A DNA stretch of 64,000 nt from a virus. Lineage: Duplodnaviria; Heunggongvirae; Uroviricota; Caudoviricetes. Under the pieces are notes generated by a model. The model searched no databases. It saw only the letters and a program-made list of their open reading frames with translations, and had not been told where the DNA came from. Position numbers and translations under genes: made by a program. The stretch lies in IMG/VR virus record IMGVR_UViG_3300043444_000502, positions 64,001 through 128,000 of that record. One strand, given 5' to 3'. Shown here one piece after another: positions 57,597-64,000 of this stretch; within the stretch, counting starts at the first letter, position 1, and every line of letters begins with the position of its first letter.

Positions 57597-59071
57597 ACAC
57601 TAGAATTAAAAAAATGATTATTGTAGGAGGCGGTACAGCTGGTTTAGTTGCTGCCATTATTCACAAACGCCTAAATCCCACTATTGAGATTCAAGTTTTA
57701 GAATCATCAGAGATTGGAATTATCGGCGTTGGAGAAGGTAGCACAGAACATTGGAATATGTTTATTGACCAATGCAATCTAAGTCGTGCAGAAGTGATGA
57801 AAGAATGTGCTGCTACCATTAAAACTGGCATTAAGTTTGTAAATTGGAATGGCAAAGGTGATGACGACGTGTATTTTCATTCAGTGATTGGACCATATGA
57901 TTCAGTGTTCATCAATGGAGTGTTTTCATATTGGACTAATGCATTAGTTACAGGTAAGTCATCAGTTGAAATGACATCGCCTAGAATTCCTGTAAGTATG
58001 TTCCAAAAGGGTGATGGTCCAGGAACTAATCAATATCATTTCGATACCTTTAAACTTAATCAATATTTGCATAAAGTAGCAAAGGAACGTGGTGTTATAT
58101 TTACCGATGCAATAGTCAATGAAGTAAAATTAAAAGAAAACGGTTATGTAAAATCTTTAATTGATAATGCTGGAAATGAATACGTAGCAGATTTTTTCAT
58201 CGATGCTAGTGGATTTAATAGAGTTATCATGAATAAACTAGGAGCAAAATGGATTGATTGCAAAAAGTATTTGCCAATGAATCATGCAATTGCTTTCCCT
58301 ACAGAATATCAAGAAGATATTGACGCATTTACGACTGCACACGCTAGAAATGCAGGTTGGTCATGGCGTATTCCAACTCAAGAACGATTTGGTAATGGAT
58401 ACGTTTTCTGTGATGATTATATCACAAAAGAACAAGCACACGCAGAAATGGAACAAATCTTTGGTAGATCTATTGAAATCGGCCGAGATATTAAATTTGG
58501 TGCAGGTCATGTGGATAGACCGATGATTAATAACTGTACTGCTATTGGTTTAGCTGGCGTTTTCGTTGAACCACTTGAAGCTTCTAGTATTGGTGCAACT
58601 ATTCAACAGTGTTTTGCGTTATCAACATCATTGCAAATGTATGAAGAAGGTAATAAAACATTAGAGAATATTCATAACAAGCAAATGCTTAAAATGTTCT
58701 CAAATATTATTGACTACATTCAAATTCATTATTTTACAAAGCGTGATGATACAGCATTTTGGAAAGATAAACCGTTTGAAATTACAGAATTTAATAAAGA
58801 AACTATTGATACAATGAAACGTTCATTGCCTTCTATTCATTATTTCCAAGATCCATATCTTATGTTTAGACATGTAAATTGGTTTATGACTATGGAAGGA
58901 TTAAAGTTATTTGACATTGAAGAAATTAAGCGTATTCACGCTGAACAACCACCACAGGCTTGGGAAGAAGTGAATACATTTTTTGATAACGCAACTATCG
59001 CATTTAGAGAAGGTGCAAAAAACAAACACCGCGATCAATTGCAAGATATCATGAGCGGTATGTACAATTAA
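57593..59071 (+). CDS. Second flavin-dependent halogenase family protein
   Basis: GGGTAG, IGVGEG, ATIK, WSWRIP, FVEPLEA. Confidence 0.9.
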   Translation: MNTRIKKMIIVGGGTAGLVAAIIHKRLNPTIEIQVLESSEIGIIGVGEGSTEHWNMFIDQCNLSRAEVMKECAATIKTGIKFVNWNGKGDDDVYFHSVIGPYDSVFINGVFSYWTNALVTGKSSVEMTSPRIPVSMFQKGDGPGTNQYHFDTFKLNQYLHKVAKERGVIFTDAIVNEVKLKENGYVKSLIDNAGNEYVADFFIDASGFNRVIMNKLGAKWIDCKKYLPMNHAIAFPTEYQEDIDAFTTAHARNAGWSWRIPTQERFGNGYVFCDDYITKEQAHAEMEQIFGRSIEIGRDIKFGAGHVDRPMINNCTAIGLAGVFVEPLEASSIGATIQQCFALSTSLQMYEEGNKTLENIHNKQMLKMFSNIIDYIQIHYFTKRDDTAFWKDKPFEITEFNKETIDTMKRSLPSIHYFQDPYLMFRHVNWFMTMEGLKLFDIEEIKRIHAEQPPQAWEEVNTFFDNATIAFREGAKNKHRDQLQDIMSGMYN

Positions 59072-59074
59072 TAA

Positions 59075-59103
59075 TGTACAACAAAGAAAAAATGTGGTAT
59101 AAT
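59075..59103 (+). promoter_or_regulatory. Early promoter TGTACA-N17-TATAAT
   Basis: -35 at 59075-59080, -10 at 59098-59103. Confidence 0.85.
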
Positions 59104-59123
59104 ATTATTTTAGGAATTATGAA

Positions 59124-59573
59124 ATGAGTGAATTTATGAACAGTAAATGGGTTGGTGATATTGCAGCAATGCATACAAAATTTGGCGTTAATAAAGTATT
59201 GCGTCAACTTGATCGTGATAAGCTTGAGGCATTCCTTAAGTTTCGAATTGACTTCTTGCAAGAAGAACTTGACGAGATGCGTAAAGCTGTAGTTGATCGT
59301 CAAACTGGCAAGATTGATGCAACTACTGCAGCAGATGATACAGTCGATGCATTGATTGATCTTTGTGTTGTTGCTATTGGTACATTGAATGCTTTCGACG
59401 TAAATGCAGATGAAGCATGGAATCGCGTACATCGTGCAAATATGACTAAGGAAGTTGGTATCAAAGAATCTCGACCAAATCCGCTTGGTCTTCCAGATCT
59501 AATTAAACCTGAAGGTTGGACAGCACCAACTCATGCTGATAACATAGGTATGTTGAACAAAGTATTTGAGTAA
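59124..59573 (+). CDS. MazG-like/all-alpha NTP pyrophosphohydrolase
   Basis: LQEELDE...DALID...VHRANMTK...LIKPEGW. Confidence 0.85.
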   Translation: MSEFMNSKWVGDIAAMHTKFGVNKVLRQLDRDKLEAFLKFRIDFLQEELDEMRKAVVDRQTGKIDATTAADDTVDALIDLCVVAIGTLNAFDVNADEAWNRVHRANMTKEVGIKESRPNPLGLPDLIKPEGWTAPTHADNIGMLNKVFE

Positions 59574-59917
59574 TGGCAATCTCAACACCTATCGGTCAGA
59601 TTAGGTACAACCCAAATACTCTATTTCAAGAGATTTGGGATGGAAAAACTTGGGTAGAAGTGGATGATACAGGCTTTACACAAATGCCTATTCATACCAT
59701 TTCTGCTAATACTATATCTACAACCGCAGCTTCTAATATTGTTAATACTAATTTGACTGACAACGCTAAAGAAGATTTATATCAATTTTTAAAATCAAAT
59801 CTAAGAGTTGGCGAATACTTAGATGAAAATGGTAAAATTGAATATGTTCAATTAGAACTGCGAGAAGGCGAAGGTTGCACTTGGGAAACAATTCAACGTG
59901 TAAGAATTAAACAATGA
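59573..59917 (+). CDS. Hypothetical protein
   Basis: 114-aa ORF translationally coupled at both ends. Confidence 0.6.
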   Translation: MAISTPIGQIRYNPNTLFQEIWDGKTWVEVDDTGFTQMPIHTISANTISTTAASNIVNTNLTDNAKEDLYQFLKSNLRVGEYLDENGKIEYVQLELREGEGCTWETIQRVRIKQ

Positions 59918-60903
59918 AATATTCTTTGACAGCGTTTGAGTCTATTTTTGATAATAAGACTCATCGGCAAATACATCATGAAACTTGGGAAGCATTCGAA
60001 GCTATGCTTTATAAGATGGCTTCTATTCCTGGATATAAATTAAAAAAGGGCGAACGTCGTGCACCGAAAGGTCTAAAGGCTTCGCCTTTAATTACTCCTG
60101 CAGTTTATGCAGAAAATAAAACACGAGCTAATGATAACGTAATTGAATGGGCTGGTTGGGCTGCTATTGACGTAGATGATCATAAGTTCGAAGGAAATTT
60201 AAAGGACGAACTTCATGCTAAGTATGGCAATTATTATTACGTTTGTTATTCTACTAGCTCTAGTACGAGCGATCATCCTAAGTTTCGGCTTGTCTTCCCA
60301 CTTACGAATGGTGTTAGACAGTCATCGATCAAGCATTTCTGGTATGCACTCAACCGGGAATTCGATGGCATCGGAGATCAACAGACTAAGGACTTATCTA
60401 GAATGTACTATGTCCCTGCGACATATCCTAATGCTAATAACTTCATTTTCACTAATGTTGGTAGTTTTATTAATCCAAATGATTTGATGAATAAACATCC
60501 ATTTGTTGTAACGCAATCAAACGTTGCAACATTTATGGATAGACTTCCGCCAGAAGTGCAAAAGAAAGTTACTGCACATCGTGAAGAACTTTTAAAATCA
60601 CTTGCTAATTATGATTTTGAATGGTCATCATATCAAGATTGTCCATTTGTTAATAAAAAATTAGTCAGTGATTATGCATCAATTGCACATGCAGATGGTT
60701 CTGGTCGTTATGCTATGATTTATAAGATCATGTCATCTATTGCATGCAATGCAATAAAGAAAAAATATCCAATTACTGCTGCACAAATTGCAGAATTAAT
60801 TAGACAACTTGATAGAGATACATCTCGTAGATACCAAAAACGTCCTCTTCAAACAGAAGCAGAACGTGCATTAGAATATGCATATAAAACAGTTGAAATC
60901 TAG
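59914..60903 (+). CDS. AEP primase-polymerase-like protein
   Basis: AIDVDD (DxD), YSTSS, PKFRLVFPL, D...KDLSRMYYVP; helical C-terminal domain. Confidence 0.7.
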   Translation: MKYSLTAFESIFDNKTHRQIHHETWEAFEAMLYKMASIPGYKLKKGERRAPKGLKASPLITPAVYAENKTRANDNVIEWAGWAAIDVDDHKFEGNLKDELHAKYGNYYYVCYSTSSSTSDHPKFRLVFPLTNGVRQSSIKHFWYALNREFDGIGDQQTKDLSRMYYVPATYPNANNFIFTNVGSFINPNDLMNKHPFVVTQSNVATFMDRLPPEVQKKVTAHREELLKSLANYDFEWSSYQDCPFVNKKLVSDYASIAHADGSGRYAMIYKIMSSIACNAIKKKYPITAAQIAELIRQLDRDTSRRYQKRPLQTEAERALEYAYKTVEI

Positions 60904-60932
60904 TGTACAGCAAGAAATAAATGTGGTATAAT
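60904..60932 (+). promoter_or_regulatory. Early promoter TGTACA-N17-TATAAT
   Basis: -35 at 60904-60909, -10 at 60927-60932. Confidence 0.85.
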
Positions 60933-60957
60933 ATTATTATACAATTAAGGAAATAAC

Positions 60958-61332
60958 ATGCAAAAACAATATTCACGTCCATCAGCAAATATTTTGCTAG
61001 AAGCAGCCGAAATTCAAGAGAAAAAGGGTCAAGATTATAATAATGCCGTATCAAGTGTTGAACAAGCAGACTATTACCCGCGCGGTGTAACTTCTATTCT
61101 TGATATCATTAACGCAAAATATCTTCGTATGGTATCTGTACTTGAGACTATGCAAGCTGGTGGAAAGGTTAACTTCGAATCAGTCGAAGATTCAGCACTC
61201 GACATGATCAATTATGCGTCATTTGTAGTAGCTTATATGCGTGGTCAAGTACCCGGTCAAAAACCTGGTTATGATATCTTTAATCGTAAATCTGACGGCA
61301 ATCCTGCATTACTTCCATCTTCTAAGGAATAA
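60958..61332 (+). CDS. Nucleotide-modification-associated domain 1 (Nmad1/DUF1599)-like protein
   Basis: EIQEKKGQDY, K..R, EDSALDMINYA. Confidence 0.7.
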   Translation: MQKQYSRPSANILLEAAEIQEKKGQDYNNAVSSVEQADYYPRGVTSILDIINAKYLRMVSVLETMQAGGKVNFESVEDSALDMINYASFVVAYMRGQVPGQKPGYDIFNRKSDGNPALLPSSKE

Positions 61333-61333
61333 T

Positions 61334-62041
61334 ATGATTCGTAATTACGTATATGATATTCAACAAGAATTTGCACGTAAACTTGTTGAACAAGAATTTG
61401 TCACTGATAAAGGTGGTGCAAAAACAATTGAAATTATTAATGCATCTTTTATTGCTGATGAGAAATCTATTTTTGGCGAAGTTAATGAAGACTATGTAAA
61501 ACGTGAACTTGAATGGTATCGTTCAATGTCATTAAATGTTAACGACATTCCAGGTGGTACACCTGCAATTTGGAAACAAGTTGCTGATAAAAATGGCATC
61601 ATTAATTCGAATTATGGTTGGTGCATTTATTCTGAAGAGAATCATCATCAGTTTACAAAAGTTGTTGATGAATTAGTTAAGTCACCATTGTCACGTCGTG
61701 CTACAATGATTTACATTCGTCCAACAATGCATGAAGATTATAAGGCGAATGGTATGTCAGACTTCATGTGTACTTACTCAACTCAATATTATATCCGTGA
61801 TGGTCAACTTCATGCTTCAGTTTTTATGAGATCTAACGATGCAGTTTATGGATACAAAAATGATTATGCATGGCAACGATACGTACAAAAAGAAGTGCTT
61901 CAAGCAATCAACGGTAAGTGTAATACTGTATATGCTCTTGGTGATCTTCACTGGAATGCTGGTAGTCTTCATGTCTATGAGCGGCACTTTGAACTAGTTG
62001 ATAAATGGGCTATTAATGATGGAGACTTCATTGTCAGATAA
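61334..62041 (+). CDS. g42: dCMP hydroxymethylase (T4 gp42-like, thymidylate synthase fold)
   Basis: INSNYGW, SRRA, DFMCT, MRSNDAVYGYKNDYAW (Asp at the TS Asn177 position), SLHVYERH; ATG at 61334. Confidence 0.88.
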   Translation: MIRNYVYDIQQEFARKLVEQEFVTDKGGAKTIEIINASFIADEKSIFGEVNEDYVKRELEWYRSMSLNVNDIPGGTPAIWKQVADKNGIINSNYGWCIYSEENHHQFTKVVDELVKSPLSRRATMIYIRPTMHEDYKANGMSDFMCTYSTQYYIRDGQLHASVFMRSNDAVYGYKNDYAWQRYVQKEVLQAINGKCNTVYALGDLHWNAGSLHVYERHFELVDKWAINDGDFIVR

Positions 62042-62477
62042 TAAATGGAATGATCGTTATATGGCTATGGCCAAAGAAGTTTCTCTTTGGTCTAAAGATC
62101 CTAATACTAAAGTTGGTGCAGTTGCAGTTGGAGAGAAAGGACAGATTCTATCTCAAGGATATAATGGTTTTCCCCGCGGAATTTTGGATTCTCCTCAACG
62201 CTTAAATGATAGAGAAACTAAATATCGTTTTGTAGTTCATGCAGAAATGAACGTAATTTACAATGCTACATATTCAGGAGTTTCTCTTGATAATGCAAAA
62301 TTATTTGTTTATGGATTACCTGTTTGTAGCGAATGCGCTAAAGGTATTATTCAAGTAGGTATTAAAGAAGTATATGTTGCAAAAGAATGCATTGATTTGA
62401 GACCACATTGGTTTGAATCATTTCAAAAAACTATGGATATGTTTGAAGAAGTTGGAATTAAAGTGTTTGCCGTATGA
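62016..62477 (+). CDS. cd: dCMP deaminase (start may be TTG 62031)
   Basis: SKDP.TKVGA, GYNGFPRG, HAEMN, PVCSEC. Confidence 0.93.
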   Translation: MMETSLSDNKWNDRYMAMAKEVSLWSKDPNTKVGAVAVGEKGQILSQGYNGFPRGILDSPQRLNDRETKYRFVVHAEMNVIYNATYSGVSLDNAKLFVYGLPVCSECAKGIIQVGIKEVYVAKECIDLRPHWFESFQKTMDMFEEVGIKVFAV

Positions 62478-63625
62478 CAATTGAAACCACTAAATATTAT
62501 GATGAGTACTTGAGATACTTTGCTCTTGCTACTAAACAGCAAGAGCTTTGTAACTTTGGAACTACGTTACATACTGAATCAAATATAGATGATGATCTTA
62601 TGCATCATGTAGAATTATATGATGTAGTTGAACGTAAGTATGCCGGTTTCTCACAAATCGTTAATGATGCATTTTATGGATGGACAGATAAACATCCGTA
62701 TTGGGACAAGATGCAATCAGGTCATATCACACTTCAACGTGAAGTAGTAGCAAAAGATTGGACAGGTAAACATGCAGACTTTAAACTCGCTGAATGGTTG
62801 TATATCTTTATTCTGCATAGAGTTTGTGGTTCCGCGATTAATTATGCTACTAAGCCAAGCGGTTATTACAATACGTTACTCTTCAACTTGCACAAAGCCA
62901 AGACGATTGAAGGAATGGTTGAGATCGTAAACAAACATCCTAAACCATTCTACACTTCAGTTGGTTATCAGTTCCCATCATTCCCTAAACCACCAGCTGA
63001 CTCTTCATATAAGCGTAGTGGCGATTACTACTTAAGCGAATATGCACCACGTTTAGCTAGAGAGATGGCTGAATGGTTAGAAAAAGGCGGTAAGCGAGAT
63101 CTTCGCGAAATTGGTAGTTTCATGTTAGATTGGAATGAAAAGAATGGATTACGAAAGTATCATTTCCAATATGCAGCTGTTGTTGCAGACGTTGCTGATT
63201 GGTATCCGCAGTATGTTAATAGAGAATCACACTTCTATTATGGTACAAACGCTCGTGAATGTATTTCTTACTTAGCAAAACCAACAAAGAAAATGAAGGA
63301 AGATGAGTTCTTAGATGCAGTAATGACTAAGATCTATGAAGATACAGGCGCAGTACCATATAATGCTGAGGACGTATGTTGTGACTTTATTCGTTGGGTA
63401 GAAAACTATATTCGACCAGGCGCAGATTATAATCACTTAGACTTTGATTCTGTATGGTCATCATGTACGATTAAAGACCATCCATTTGGTAGACAAGAGA
63501 ATATGTTGAAGCTTGGATTGGTAAAGACATTTAATAATATTACTGCTCATCCATCAGATGATACAATTATTAAAGCAGCTGGTTTAACAGTAGAACAATA
63601 TAAAGAAAAATGCAAAACGATTTGA
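62474..63625 (+). CDS. Probable amino acid:DNA transferase (aGPT-PPlase)-like protein
   Basis: Helical protein with FILHR, AVVADV, EDVCCDFIRW (cf. E..LCE..K motif); directly after g42 and cd. Confidence 0.5.
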   Translation: MTIETTKYYDEYLRYFALATKQQELCNFGTTLHTESNIDDDLMHHVELYDVVERKYAGFSQIVNDAFYGWTDKHPYWDKMQSGHITLQREVVAKDWTGKHADFKLAEWLYIFILHRVCGSAINYATKPSGYYNTLLFNLHKAKTIEGMVEIVNKHPKPFYTSVGYQFPSFPKPPADSSYKRSGDYYLSEYAPRLAREMAEWLEKGGKRDLREIGSFMLDWNEKNGLRKYHFQYAAVVADVADWYPQYVNRESHFYYGTNARECISYLAKPTKKMKEDEFLDAVMTKIYEDTGAVPYNAEDVCCDFIRWVENYIRPGADYNHLDFDSVWSSCTIKDHPFGRQENMLKLGLVKTFNNITAHPSDDTIIKAAGLTVEQYKEKCKTI

Positions 63626-64000
63626 TGGAATTTATCAGTGAACCATATGTGAACATCACATATGAAGGCACATCTCCAGTTACCTTAAAAAACGGTAAAC
63701 CAACTGAAAGTTGGATGAAAGACTGGACACAAGAACAACGATTCGAAAAGTTCTTTGAGTGGTGCCATGCATTTGATAAACGCGAAGATAAATTATTGCG
63801 AGAAGACTATCAAATCTTCTCGCATCGTCTACATTGGCATGAACATCCATTTGTAGATGTTATGAAGCCAATCACAGATAATAAACTGCGTTTATTCTAT
63901 ACGTTAGTATTCTCATTTAGTAATGAACATTGGGGTACGCTCATGTCATTAATGAATGATGGTATTATAACGACACGCGAACGTTTTAAAACTCAACGAC
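63625..64000 (+). CDS. 3'-truncated ORF, probable second aGPT-PPlase-like protein
   Basis: Frame open from ATG 63625 to the window end; FFEWC...KREDKLLREDYQIFSHRL resembles the clade-1 N-terminus. Confidence 0.45.
   Translation, partial: MEFISEPYVNITYEGTSPVTLKNGKPTESWMKDWTQEQRFEKFFEWCHAFDKREDKLLREDYQIFSHRLHWHEHPFVDVMKPITDNKLRLFYTLVFSFSNEHWGTLMSLMNDGIITTRERFKTQR

Noticed and set aside
864-61054. The many 60-130-aa minus-strand or alternate-frame ORFs in the track
   Set aside because: They lie within well-supported + strand genes, have no RBS or motifs, and the genome is essentially unidirectional here
1-64000. tRNA or rRNA genes
   Set aside because: Intergenic gaps are short and no cloverleaf or T-loop signature was seen; a tRNAscan run would be needed for certainty

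Overview
A 64-kb segment of a large T4-like (Tevenvirales-type, cyanophage/pelagiphage-style gene order) myovirus genome; nearly all genes are on the + strand. From left to right: (1) an AT-rich accessory cluster of three radical SAM/SPASM-like enzymes, three 2OG-Fe(II) oxygenases and unknown ORFs (1-6268); (2) a late-promoter-driven tail-fibre/structural region (6281-22115) with a 1091-aa fibre, three tandem Gly-rich His/Trp/Cys-loop paralogs, a flavin-dependent halogenase, a U32-like Fe-S protein and a second fibre; (3) Dps, then the core morphogenesis block g13-g23 and g3; (4) the replication/recombination block (uvsY, uvsW, g55, g47, g46, PDF, vWA+MoxR, g45, dsbA, g44, g62, regA, hsp20, g43); (5) a second halogenase and a nucleotide/DNA-modification cluster (MazG-like, prim-pol-like, Nmad1-like, dCMP hydroxymethylase, dCMP deaminase, two probable amino-acid:DNA-transferase-like genes) running off the right edge. 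The best candidates for undescribed biology are a possible virion-protein tailoring system (rSAM/2OG/halogenase/U32 around adhesin-like proteins), a possible amino-acid-type hypermodification of hydroxymethylcytosine, a ROSE-like thermometer plus pseudoknot upstream of hsp20, an antisense copy of the phage early promoter upstream of g55, and a Tat-signal protein. All family calls come from motif recognition by eye; no database searches were run. I saw no tRNA, CRISPR array, intein or homing endonuclease.
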